Part shown: positions 1-13,200 of the stretch, piece by piece | Numbering within the stretch: the stretch's first letter is position 1 | How the letters are laid out: every line of letters begins with the position of its first letter | Source of the DNA: Candidatus Bathyarchaeota archaeon | Lineage (GTDB): Archaea > Thermoproteota > Bathyarchaeia > Bathyarchaeales > Bathycorpusculaceae | NCBI GenBank assembly: GCA_963707955.1 | Contig: OY970176.1 | Location: 1,056,001 to 1,120,000 of the forward strand | Reading direction: 5' to 3' | Length of the DNA: 64,000 nt | Made by a program: the position numbers and the translations under genes | The notes under the pieces: generated by a model | Databases searched by the model: none | What the model was told of the DNA's origin: nothing | Seen by the model: the letters and a program-made list of their open reading frames with translations, nothing else

Positions 1-2
1 AT

Positions 3-1055
3 GATCAAGGCATCAAGGTTTCATTGCTACCTCTGATCCCGAACCCTCGAACAAAAATCGAGCTAAGAACAAGAATGCCACCCAACATTTCCTCGTTTCT
101 TTATGTCCTCAAAACAATCCTCAAATCCGACTTTCAAGCAATACATATACATGGGTACGGGCACTGTTTCATTGATTATTGCGCTTTTGTTTGTAGAATA
201 TTTAGTAGACCTTATGTGCTGACCCTTCATGGATTTCCATATGCTCCGCGTGTGGGAGGGTTTTTGACTAGAGTTCTATACAGACTTCATTTTCTGGCCG
301 TCGGAAGAGTCATAATATCTATGGCAAGCTGCGTAACCGCAGTATCATCAGAAGTGCTTGAGGAAGCCATGGCTTTAGGGGTTGATAGGGAGCACCTCCG
401 TATTGTGCCAAATGGTTTGGACATCAGAGAATACTACGAGATAGAAGGCTCTTCACCAGTAAGAGAGAAGTACGGGATAAGCTCTAGCGACTGGTTGATA
501 GTCGCAATCGGATCGCTTCATGAGAGGAAAGGTTTCCAGTATCTGATCAGATCAATACCGCTAATCAGGAATAACGATAGGATAAAGGTCTTATTGATCG
601 GGGCAAATGGCGGATACGCAGACGAGTTGGCAAGAATTGCGAACATATTAAATTTGAAAGACAAAGTCATATTCACTGGGTATCTGGATCAAAGGAGCAA
701 ACTCGCTGTCATCGCCCAAGCCGATATTTTTCTTATACCCTCAATTGCTGAACCATATGGACTTGTTGCCCTCGAAGCAATGGCTATGAAGAAACCAATC
801 ATAGCCACCAATACGGGCGGACTCAGAGAGATTCTGCAGAATGGTAAAACTGCCTTGATGATTGAGCCAAAGAGCAGCGAATCGATTGCTGTGGCGATTA
901 TGCAACTGCTTGAAAATGACACTCTCAGAGAAAATCTTTCCATTAACGCTAGAGCCGAATTGGCCAATCATGGGTGGGATGAAATTGTTGACAAATACTT
1001 GGCGATTTATATGGGTCTTAAAAAGGTAGAGAATAGTGCACATGCGTGTTTCTAA
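3..1055 (+). CDS. Glycosyltransferase family 4 (GT-B), 5'-truncated by the window edge
   Basis: The frame is open from position 3. GT4 motifs: HIHG, VPNGLD, GSLHERKG, EPYGLVALEAMA, TNTGGLRE. Confidence 0.9.
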   Translation, partial: DQGIKVSLLPLIPNPRTKIELRTRMPPNISSFLYVLKTILKSDFQAIHIHGYGHCFIDYCAFVCRIFSRPYVLTLHGFPYAPRVGGFLTRVLYRLHFLAVGRVIISMASCVTAVSSEVLEEAMALGVDREHLRIVPNGLDIREYYEIEGSSPVREKYGISSSDWLIVAIGSLHERKGFQYLIRSIPLIRNNDRIKVLLIGANGGYADELARIANILNLKDKVIFTGYLDQRSKLAVIAQADIFLIPSIAEPYGLVALEAMAMKKPIIATNTGGLREILQNGKTALMIEPKSSESIAVAIMQLLENDTLRENLSINARAELANHGWDEIVDKYLAIYMGLKKVENSAHACF

Positions 1056-1253
1056 AATTGTATAAATACACGGTAGTTAATTGAAGACTATTGGGTTTAT
1101 TGCGCTAAAACGCGGTCAAGTGGTCTCGCTAGAGAGATCCGCGGAAGGGTATGTTGGACCGGCTTTGAAATGATTTTTGACCAATTTTGGAAAAGGCATG
1201 TGTGTTGGAGGAATTTGCTACATGCGCATTTGCGTAGGCAGCGTGTGCAACAT

Positions 1254-4200
1254 CTAGCTTGTGAGTTTCGGGATTGAAGGTGTCGAGCCGCTTATCCACG
1301 TCCAACCCGAGAATTCATTGGTTACCAAGTTCAATGAGCTTTGCCACATCGAATTGCCGTCCATTCCTATTACCACTACGTTTAGTGTAGTGCCCGTCAC
1401 TGTGGCCGCGGGCGCGTTAGGCGTGGATCCTGAGGCAAGCACGGTCCAACCTTGCCAGCCTGAGTCGTTATACATGTCCATATATATGCTGTTATCGTCG
1501 CCTCTGACAACCACATACAGTGTGTCTGATGTCGCAGAAACCGCCAATGTTGGTGTAGATGGGGTTGACCCCAGCAGTAATGTCCATCCCGAGAAGGCAT
1601 CGTCTGTGAGATTCAAGGTTGAATACCATAGAGTATTGTTCATGTAGGCATCAACCGTACTGAAACCTCTGACGACTATGTGCAGTGTATTTCCGAGCAT
1701 TGCCACGGCAGGCGTGTCGCATGTGGTTCCTCCCGGCAGAGCCACCCAATCATTCCAGGTCTGAGTTAAGGTGTCGTATATACGGTAGTATATGGCATTG
1801 TCAGAACCCCTGACCATCAAGGCTAAGGCAGTGCCGTTAGCAGTTAGCGTTGGTGGTGAGGGCGTCGAGCCACTTATCCACGTCCAACCCGAGAAGCTAC
1901 CATCGCTTTGGTTAATCCAGCTGAACCACAGGCTATAGCCGTCCATTCCACGGACAATGAAGTATTGCGCGCCTGAACATATAGTCGTGGCGGGACTGTC
2001 GCCAGTGGTGCCCGATGGAACCACATTCCAGCCACCCCAGACTGAAGAAGAGAAGTACCTGTAGTAAAGCAGATTGTTGTCTCCACGAACGACCAAGCTT
2101 GTATTTCCAAAGTCAGCTGTTATCGTCCCAGGCCCACCTATGGTGGCCGTTGTGGATGCGGTGATCGAGTTGACAAAGGCAATGGAACCTGTATCGCTTG
2201 ACCACTGCAAGAATACATAGCTAGGGTTGCCCGTCGCACTTATCGGAAGCGAACCTGCATCCTCCCAAACGTTAAAACCCGTGGGAATAGTTGAACCGCC
2301 TCCCGAGGGAGAAACGGCGAAAGAAACTTGGTATTGAGTCACGTAATTTCCTGTCACTATTGCCGCGGCCGTTACGGTTATCGGTGAAGCTGGCCCGATC
2401 ACACTGTCAAGTCTGAACTGCTCGCCAGAAACGCTGCTTGAGACCATACTCTCGTAGGCGTAGGTTGCTAAGTCGCTGCTATTAACCCAAAGGCTGTCCG
2501 GCAAGCCAGAATAGGTAATCGCCGAACCGTTCACGGTCACTACGGTGCCGGTCGCGGTGATGTCAAGGCCTGTCACCGTGAAAGTGACGTAGTACTCCGT
2601 AACGTAATTGCCGGTTACGCTTCCGCTGCCAAGTATGGTTATGGAGCCATTTTGAATGCCTGACAGGCCGCCAGTAGACGTCCATGCGTACCGTTCAACG
2701 TCAGCCGTGACGACTAGAGAAGAAGCATAGGTGAAATTGTAAACGTCGCCCGAGTTAGCCCAGAACGAAGTGCCAAGCCGATCATAGCCAGTCCCGTTAA
2801 CTGTTACAACAGTTCCACTGAAGTCAGAGCCAACACCAGACTGAGCAAAAGTCACGTAATACTGAGTCTCGTAGGTCCCAGTAACCGTTTCAGCGCCTGA
2901 AACAGTGAACGGCGAAGACTCGTTTGCGCCTACGAAGATGTACTGCTTAACGTTTGCGGTGACGAGCAACGGAGAGCTGAAGCCGAAATTGTAAACGTCG
3001 CCCGAGTTAGCCCAGAACGAAGTTCCACTCCTGTCGTAACCTGTCCCGTTGATAGTCATTAGATTAGCAGAGTAATCTGAGCTGACACCAGACTGGTTGA
3101 AGACGATCCAGAACTGCTCCTGCCAACCGAAGATTATGGTGTGATTAACCACCACAGTCGAGAAGACGTAGCTGGTTCCAGGAGTAGATGATCCTCCATC
3201 AACGCTGTAGCCAGTGCAGACCCATTGACTAATGTCAGGCACAGTTTCAGTCGGACTAGTAACATTAGCAGAGAAGTCAGTGCCGTTGTCAACCCAAGCC
3301 GAAGGAGTAGGCGTGTCTTGAGCGCTGGTAACAGCGATGTACCACTGAGTCTTGTAGGTGCCAGTGATCGTGGCTGAACCGTTCACAGTGTAGAAAGAAG
3401 AGGAAGCATTCACCATGACAAACACGTACTGCTTCACGTTTGCGGCTACTAACAGAGGTGTCTGGTACACAAAGATGTGAAGAGATGCGTTGTCCCACCA
3501 GAACGACGCCGGAAGACTGGTAAAATCATAGTCTGAACTGTCTATAGTTACCACAGTGCCGGTGAAGTCAGAGCCAACACCAGACTCATTAATCGTAACG
3601 TTAAACTGGGTCACGTAATTAGCGGTCACCGTTTTACCACTGTCCATCATAACAGTTGTCGAAAGCGAGCTCGGACTCGTTATCTCGCTCATGTTGCCCG
3701 TCGTCCAGCTCGTGAAGTTGTACCTTGAAGAACCGGTTTCGTTCGCAAACTGACTTGTCGAAATAGAAGCAAAAGTGCTTGCATTGTACCAGCCTTGCCC
3801 ACTCGGAGAATCAACATTGGAAGGACTCGTTACGACGGTCAAGTAATACTGGGTGTAGTACCTGCCAGTAACGGTCTCAGCACCTGAAACAGTGAACGGC
3901 GATGACTCGTTGACACCTGTGAAGACGTATTGTTTGATGTCTACGGTGACGACCAGTGGAGAGTTGAAGGTGAAATCATATACGTCGCTTGAATTAGCCC
4001 AGAACGATATGCCAAACCGGTCATGATCAGTTCCGTTAACCGACACAACAGTTCCACCGAAGTCAGAGCCAACACCACTCTGAGCAAAAGTCACGAAATA
4101 CTGAGTCTTGTAAGACCCAGTAACCGTCACAGCCCCAGCAACAGTCAAAGTTGTGTCAGTAGAGTTGCCTGACACCCCCGTCAGAACATACTGCTTAACA

Positions 4201-7200
4201 TCCGCAGACACAAGCAGCGGAGAAGCATAGTTGAAAGTACTAACGTTTCCAGAGTCAGCCCAGAAGGAAACACCTCCAGAACCATAATCAACACCGTTAA
4301 CCGTCATCACCGTTCCAGAAAAGTCAACGCCAACACCGCTCTGAGCAAAAGTCACGTAATACTGAGTCTCGTAGGTCCCAGTAACCGTCTGAGCAGCCGA
4401 AACAGTCAACGCGGAAGAAGCATTAACATCCGTAACAACGTATCGCTTCTCGTCTGCAGTGACGACCAACGGAGAGTAATAGAAGAAGGTTATGTTAGCT
4501 CCATTATCATACCAGTTTGAATAGCCGCTCCTGTTATAGTCAGTTCCGCCAACATTCATGACAGAACCAGAGAAGTCAGTGCCAACACCACTCTGAGCAA
4601 AGGTGACGTAATACTGAGTCTTGTAGTTGCCCGTTATGCTTCCGAAAGTCGTCACTGTTATCGTGCCGCTTTGTGAAGATGATAGACCAGTAGTGCCCGT
4701 CCAAACGTACTGCTCAGAATTCGCACCAACTACTAGCGGTGATTGATAGGCAAACGTGTGATTGGAACCGATGTTCCATGTGAAGCTCACAGGCAATTGA
4801 GTAACGTTGTAAGAGTTGCCGTCTACTATGAGCACCGTGCCGTTGAAGTCTGAGCTTACTCCAACCTGATCGAACGTGATGCTGTTCTGAACTATGTAGC
4901 TTCCCACCACACTTCCTGAAGCTGTGACTGGCAGTGTTCCACTTTGGAGGCTCGACAACCCGGAGGTGGAGCTCCAAGAATAAGTTTTGTTGGCATTCAC
5001 GACCAATGGCGAGGCAAAAGAGAAGCTGTGACCGGAACCATTGTCCCACCAGAAAGAAACAGGCAAACCAGCCACACCATAGTCCACGCTGTCAACCGTC
5101 ACCACCGTGCCAGTGAAATCAGAGCCAACACCAGACTTATTGAAAGTCACGTAGAACTGTTCCTTCCAGTCAAACTCAATCGTGTGAGCAGAAGCCACAC
5201 TCGTAAAGTTGTAGCTCGTTCCAGCAGTCAAAGAACCATTGTCAACAATGTAACCAGTGCAAACCCACTGAGTAACATTAACAACGATGTCAGCCGGACT
5301 CGTAACAGAAGCCGTGAAGTTACCGCCAGAATCAACCCAGCCCGAAGAAGTGGGGGAATCATGAGCGCTGTCAACTTCTATCCAGAACTGCTCACTCCAG
5401 CCGAAGAGTATGGTGTGATTCGCCTGCACGCTGGTGAACGTATACCCTGTACCAGGAGCAGATGCTCCACCGTCGATGCTGTAGCCAGTGCAAACCCACC
5501 GATGATCGCCAGCAACAACGTCAGCAGGGCTCGAAACAGAAGCAGCAAAACTACTGCCATTGTCAACCCAGCCCGAAGCGGTAGGCGTGTCATGAGCGCT
5601 TGTAACGGTGATGTACCACTGCTCGGTCCAAGAGAAAACTATCGTGTGAGAAGCATTCACATTGGCATAGCTCACCGTGTTATTGAGAGTCTGAGGTACA
5701 GTATCAACCGTCAGGGCAGTAAGGTTCCATTGATGCTCAAAAACAACAACCACGTCCGGATTAATCACTGAAACACTGAAAGCAGCACTATCATTAACCC
5801 ACTGAGAAGCCTCAGTAGGACTACCATGAGCGCTAGTAATAGAAATGTACCATTGAGTCACATAGGTGCCAGTCACTGTGGCTGAGCCAGACACGGTGTA
5901 AGACGAGGAAGCATTGGCAATAACAAGCAGGTACTGCTTCACGTTTGCAGTCACGACCAGAGGCGACTGATAAACAAAAGTGTGAGACGAGCCAGCATCC
6001 CACCAGAACACAGCAGAGGAAATGTTGCCAAGGCCATAGTTCACCCCGTCAACAGTGAGAAGAGTACTAGTGAAATCAACGTTAGCGCCTGTCTGACCGA
6101 AGGTGATTTGGTACTGAGTCACATAGTTTCCAGTTACCGTCACTGGGCTTGTCACGTTTATCGGTGAAGTTGGCCCGGTTACGTTGTCAAGCCTGAACTG
6201 CTCGCGAGAAGCAGTGCTCGAAACGTTGGCATAAATGAAGACAAGAGAGTCACTGCTGTTAACCCACAGGCTGTAAGGCAAGCCTGAATAGATTATCGCC
6301 GAACCGTTCACAGTTACAACAGTCCCACTTGCGGTCCCGTCAAGGCCAGACTGAGCAAAAGTCACGAAATACTGAGTCTGATAGGTTCCAACAATCAAGC
6401 TGGGCGAAGTAATCACAGTCCTATTATCACTGACAAAGTTGCACCTCGTCCCACCGACAGTGACCTGCGATGGAAACACGCCAACAGCCGACCCGCTAGA
6501 ATTAACCCATTCGTCAGAGGGAACAGTCACTGGAAGAACATTACCAGTCGCCGAATAAGTCACCAAATACTGAGTCGTCCAGGTCGCAGTAGCCGTCTTA
6601 GGACCATTCATCGTTATGGCGTTGCTCTGAGCGTAATTAGTTCCAGAAGCATCCGCACCCCAACTAGTGAAGACGTACTGAGTACCAACACTGCCCGGAA
6701 CGGTTCCATCAGTTAGAGTCGCGTAAGCCGTAGAACCATTGTCATACCAGCCAGCACCACCAGCAGTATCATACGCAGAAGTGACAGTCAAATAGAACTG
6801 CTCTTTCCAGTCAAACTCTATCGAGTGAGCAGAAGCTACACTCGTGAAGTTGTAGCTCGTTCCAACAGTCAATGAACCATTGTCAAGTTTGTAGCCAGTG
6901 CAGACCCACTGATGATCACCTGAAACAACCTCAGTCGGACTCGTAACAGAAGTATTGAAACTACCGCTAGAATCAACCCACGCTGAAGCAGTAGGCGAAT
7001 CATGAGCGCTAGTGACAGCTATCCAGAACTGCTCACTCCAGCCGAAGAGTATGGTGTGATTCGCCTGCACGCTGGTGAACGTGTAGCCTGTACCAGGAGT
7101 AGACGCTCCACCGTCGATGCTGTAGCCAGTGCAGACCCACTGATGGTCGCCAGCCACAACGTCAGCCGGGCTCGAAACAGAAGCAGCAAAGCCACTGCCA

Positions 7201-10200
7201 TTGTCAACCCAGCCCGAAGCAGTCGGCGTGTCATGAGCGCTAGTGACAGTGATGTACCACTGCTCGGTCCAAGAGAAGACTATCGTGTGAGAAGCATGCA
7301 CACTGGCATAGCTCACCGTGTTACTGAGAGTCTGCGGCACACTATCAACAGCCAGGCCTGTGAGGTTCCACTGATGCGCACCAGGCGAAACAACGTCCGG
7401 ATTGGTCACCGAAACAGAGAAAGCAGCACCATCATCAACCCACTGCGACGATTCTGAGGGATTGCCATGAGCACTCGTAACAGAAACATACCATTGCTCA
7501 GTCCAGTCAAACTCAACCGTGTGATTAATCGCTACACCGACAAAAGACACAGAGTTCGCCAAAGCCTGAGGCACACCATCAACTTTCAGGCCAGTGAGGT
7601 TCCATTGATGCTCAAAAGCAACAACCACGTCTGGATTAGTCACTGAAACAGTGAAGTTGCTACCAGCATCAACCCAACCTGAGGAAGCCGTAGGACTACC
7701 ATGAGCACTGGTAACCGTAATGTACCACTGAGTCTTGAAGGTGCCAGTAACAGTTTCGGAAGTTGAAACAGTCAAGGGTGAAGTCTCGTTCATGCTCACA
7801 AAGACGTACCTCTCGCTAGAGTTCACGACCAAAGGCGAATAGAAGCTGAAGGTTACGCTGGACTGGTTATCATACCAGCCTGAATGACCAACTCTAGTAT
7901 AGTTCACGCCGCCAACATTCATGACATCGCCAGAAAAGTCACTGCCAACACCAGACTGAGCAAAAGTCACGTAATACTGAGTCTTGTAGGTTGCGGTTAT
8001 GCTTCCGAAAGTCGTCACATTTATCGAGCCGCCTTCCAGAGACGACAGACCAGTAGTGCCCGTCCAAACGTACTGCTCAGAATTCACACCAACTGCCAGC
8101 GGTGATTGATAAGCAAAGGTGTGGACGGAATAAATGCTCCATGAGAAGCTTACGGGCAAGTCAGTAACATTGTAAGATGTGCCGTCCACGATGAGCACCG
8201 TGCCGTTGAAGTCTGAGCTCGCTCCAAGCTGATCAAACGTGACCTGATTCTGAACTATGTAGTTTCCAACGACGCTTCCTGAAGCTGTGACCGTCAGCGA
8301 TCCGCTTTGGAAGCTTGACAACCCGGAGGTGGAGCTCCAAGAATACTGTTTGTTGACATCCACCACCAATGGCGAGGCAAAAGAGAAGCTGTGACCGGAA
8401 CCATTGTCCCACCAGAAAGAAACAGGCAAACCAGCCACACCATAGTCCACGCTGTCAACCGTCACCACCGTGCCAGTGAAGTCAGAGCCAACACCAGACT
8501 TATTGAAAGTCACATACCACTGCTCAGTCCAGTCAAACTCAATCGTATGAGCAGCATGCACACTGGCATAGCTCACCGTGTTATTGAGAGTCTGCGGTAC
8601 AGTATCGACCGTCAGGCCAGTAAGGTTCCACTGCTGAGCGCTAGGAACAACGACGTCCGGATTAGTCACTGAAACACTGAAAGCAGCACCATCATTAACC
8701 CATTGAGAAGCCTCAGTCGGACTACCATGAGCACTAGTAACAGAAATGTACCACTGCTGAGTCCAGTCAAACTCAATCGTACGATTAGTCGTGACACTGC
8801 CAAAAAACACAGAGTTCGCCAAAGCCTGAGGCACACCACCCACAATCAACCCAGTCAAGTTCCATTGATTAGCGCTAGGAACGACCACGTCCGGATTAGT
8901 TACCGATACATTGAAGCTGCTACCATCATCAACCCACTGAGAAGCCTCAGTAGGGCTACCGTGAGCACTGGTAACAGTGACGTACCACTGAGTCTTATAG
9001 GTGCCTGTCACCGTTTCAGCCATCGAAACGGTCAAAGACGAAGTCGCATTCTGGCTTACGTAGACGTATCTCTTTCCAGAGTTCACGTTCAAGGGCGACA
9101 GATAGGCAAAGGTAATGCTTGATCCATTGTCATACCAGTCTGAATTGCCGTTTCTGTCGTAGCCAGTTGCTCCAACCGTCATAACGTTGCCAGAGAAGTC
9201 AGAGCCAACACCAGACACGGCGAAAGTAATGTAGTACTGGGTCAAGTAGTTTCCCATTACCGTCACTGGACCCGTCACCGTCAATGGTGAACTAGCGTTC
9301 ACGCTGTCAACTATGAAACGCATGCCAGAAACAGTGCTTGAAACGTTGGCGTAACCGAAGATGAGAGAGTCACTGCTGTTAACCCACAGGCTGTAAGGCA
9401 AGCTCGAGTGAGTTATCGCCGAACCGTTCACAGTTACAACGGTCCCAGTTGCAGTCCCATCAAGGCCAGACTGAGCAAAGGTGACGTTGTACTGGGTCGC
9501 GTAGTGGCCGATTATGCTTCCGCTAGACGACACAGATATGAAGCCACTTTGAACGCCGGACAAGCCGCCGGTGTATATCCAAGCGTACTGTTTAACGTTC
9601 AATGTCACGTTTAGGGGAGAAGCATAGCTGAAGTTGTAAACGTCGCCCGAGTCAGCCCAGAAGCTGGTTCCATTCCTATCATGATCCGTCCCGTTAACAG
9701 TCATCACCGTCCCAGTGAAGTCGCTCCCAACGCCCGACTGAGCGAAGGTGATGTACCACTGAGTCTTGAAGGTGCCAGTAACCGTAGCTGAACCAGACAC
9801 AGTATAAGGTGAAGACGCATTAGCACTGACGAAGACGTATTGTTTCTGGTTCGCAGAGACAAGTAGCGGGGTCGAATAGTTGAAGTTGTAAACGTCTCCA
9901 GCATAGGCCCAAAACGCTACGCCATTCCTGTCATAACCAGTTCCGTTGACGGTCATAACGGTACCGTTGAAGTCGCTGTTAACACCTGATTGAATGAAGG
10001 TCACGTTATACTGGGTCAAGTAGTTCGCTGTCACGGTCTTGGCTTCATCCATCAGAACCGTCGTAGACAGCGAGCTTGGGCTAGCTATCTCGGTCATGTT
10101 GCCCGTCGTCCAGCCCGTGAAGTTGTACCTTGAAGAACTGGTTTCGTTCGCAAGCTGACTTGTCGAAATAGAAGCAAAAGTGCTAGCATTGTACCAGCCC

Positions 10201-13200
10201 TGCCCACTCGGAGAATCAACATTGGAAGGACTCGTTACGACGGTCAAGTAGTACTGGGTGTTGTAGCTGCCAGTAACAGTCTCAGCACGTGAAACAGTGG
10301 GGGGCGAAGTCTCGTTAACGGTCAGCAACACGTACCTCTCACCAGAATTCACGTTCAAAGGCGAGTAATAGCTGAAGGGTAGGCTCGCACCAGAATCATA
10401 CCAGCCAGAGAGACCACTTCTGCCGTAATCAGTTCCGTTAACGTTCATGACAGAACCAGAAAAGTCAGAGCCAACACCACTCTCAGCAAAGACAATCCAA
10501 TACTGAGTCTTGTAAGTCCCAGTAACCGTCTGAGCAGCCGAAACAGTCAACGGGGAAGAAGCATTAACATCCGTAACAACGTACTGCTTCTCGTCTGCAG
10601 TGACGACCTCCGGAGAGTAGAAGAAAAAGGTTATGTTCGCTGCGGAATCATACCAACCTGAATGACCGCTCCGGCCATAATCAGTCAAGTCAACATTCAT
10701 GACAGAACCAAGGAAGTCAACGCCAACACCAGACTGAGCAAAGGTGACATAGTACTGAGTCTTGTAGGTGCCGGTTATGCTTCCGAAAGTCGTCACATTT
10801 ATCGAGTCGCCTTGCAGGGACGATAGACCAGTAGTGCCTGTCCAAACGTACTGCTTAGAATTCGCACCAACTACCAGCGGTGATTGATAGGCAAACGTGT
10901 GAACAGAATTAATGCTCCATAAGAAGCTAACGGGCAGGTCAGTAACGTTGTACGGAGTGCCATCAACAAGTAATACTGTGCCAGTGAAGTCCGAGGTCAG
11001 TCCAAACTGGTTAAATGTTATGGCGTTCTGCAAGCCATAGTTTCCAACCACACTGCCCGAAGCAGTTATCGTTATTGAATCGCTCTGAAGAGTCGAAAGA
11101 CCAGAAGTTGAGCCCCAAACGTACTGGTTAGTCGCATTCACAACAAGCGGAGAGTAATAGTTGAAGGACACGATGGTCCCACTGTCAAACCAGTTTGAAT
11201 AACCGCTACGAGTGTAGTTCACACTGCTGACATTCATAACCGCGCCGACAAAATCAACGCCAACACCACTCTGAGCAAAAGTCACGTAATATTGTTCTAT
11301 GTAGTTAGCCGTGGCCGTCTTAGCGGAGTCCATTGTTACGGTAGCGTCTGCGAATGTTCCAGAAGCACCAGCCCAAGAATTGAACCTGTACCGTGAACTT
11401 CCAGGAACAACATCAACATACTGGTCAGTGCTGACATGAGCAGTAACACCCGTATCATACCAGCCCGCACCAGTCGGACTGTTAACGCTAGAAGGATTCG
11501 TGTCCACAGTCAAATACCACTGCTCAGTCCAAGAGAAAACAATCGTGTGAGAAGCATTCACACTGGCAAAGCCCACTGTGTTATTGAGAGTCTGCGGTAC
11601 ACTATCAACCGTCAGGGCAGTGAGGTTCCATTGATGCTCAAAAGCAACAACCACGTCCGGATTAGTCACTGAAACAGTAAAGTTGCTACCAGCCGCAACC
11701 CACGTAGAAACCTCAGTCGGACTACCATGACCATTCGCGTTAACAGTGATGTAGAAGTTCTCAGTCCAGTCAAACTCAATCGTGTGATTAGCCGTGACAC
11801 TGCCAAAAGACACAGAGTTCGCTAAAGTCTGAGGCGTACCATCAACTATCAGGCCAGTAAGGTTCCACTGATGAGCGCTAGGAACAACCACGTCCGGGTT
11901 AATCACTGAAACATTGAAGCTGCTACCATCATCAACCCACTGAGACGACTCAGTCGGACTACCATGAAGACTCGTAACAGAAATGTACCATTGAGTCTTG
12001 TAAGTGCCAGTAACAGTCTCAGCACTTGAAACAGTCAAGGGCGAAGTCTCATTCATGCTTACAAAGACGTATCTCTCGCTAGAGTTCACGACCAATGGCG
12101 AGTAGAAGCTGAAGGTTACGCTCGACTGGTTATCATACCAGCCCGAATTACCAGCCCTAGAATAGTTCACGCTGTCAACCAACATGACGTCGCCAGAAAA
12201 GTCAGAGCCAACACCAGACTGGCTGAAAATCACGTAATACTGAGTCTTGTAAGTGCCAGTAACAGTCTCAGCCATCGAAGCGGTCAAAGGCGAAGTCGCA
12301 TTCTGGCTTATGTAGACGTACCTCTTTCCAGAGTTCACGTCCAAGGGCGACAGATAGGCGAAGGTAATGCTTGATCCATTGTCATACCAGTCTGCATGAC
12401 CGCTTCTGTCATAGCCAGTTGCTCCAACCGTCATAACGTTGCCAGAGAAGTCAGAGTCAACACCAGACACGTTGAAACTAATGTAATACTGGGTCAAGTA
12501 GTTTCCCATTACCATCAATGGACCTGCCACCGTCAACGGTGAAGTTGCGTTCACGCTGTCAACTATGAACCGCGTGCCAGAAACAGTGCTTGAAACGTTG
12601 GCGTAGTTGAAGACGAGAGAGTCACTGCTGTTCACCCACAGGCTGTGAGGCAAGCTCGAATAGGTTATCGCTGAACCGTTCACGGTTACAACCGTCCCAG
12701 CCGCGGTTCCGTCAAGGCCGGACTCGGCGAAAGTCACGTAATACTGAACCGTGTAGGCGCCAGTGACAGTCTGAGCGCCCGTCACCGTTAAGGGTGATGA
12801 AGCATTCACGCCTGCAAGGATGAACTGCTTGTTAGCCGTGCTGCTTGCTACGATGCTCTCATAGTTGAACGCTAGCACGTCACTGTCGTTGACCCAAACA
12901 CTATACGGCAGACTACCAAAGGGGAGTGTTGTACCGTTAACCGTGACAACGGTTCCAGTCGCAGAACCGTCAAGGCCACTCTGGGCAAAAGACATGTACC
13001 ATTGAGTCTTGTAGCTGCCAGTAACCGTGGTGGCCGCTGAAACAGTCAAGGGCGAAGAAACATTGACACTCGTCAGAGCATACTGCTTACCAGCGTTGAC
13101 ACTCAGAGGATTTGAATAGGCAAAGTTGTACAAGTCGCCAGAGTCAGCCCAGAACGAAGTGCCATTCCTATCATGGCTGGTTCCATTGACAGCCATAACA

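Noticed and set aside
1111-1144. CGCGG...TCTC-GCTA-GAGA...CCGCG fold between convergent genes
   Set aside because: Weak, interrupted stem. It may be a terminator but cannot be supported.
1282-1895. Possible DGR template/variable repeat pair in the lectin domain
   Set aside because: Both copies are in-frame blades with one synonymous difference. There is no reverse transcriptase and no adenine-specific pattern.
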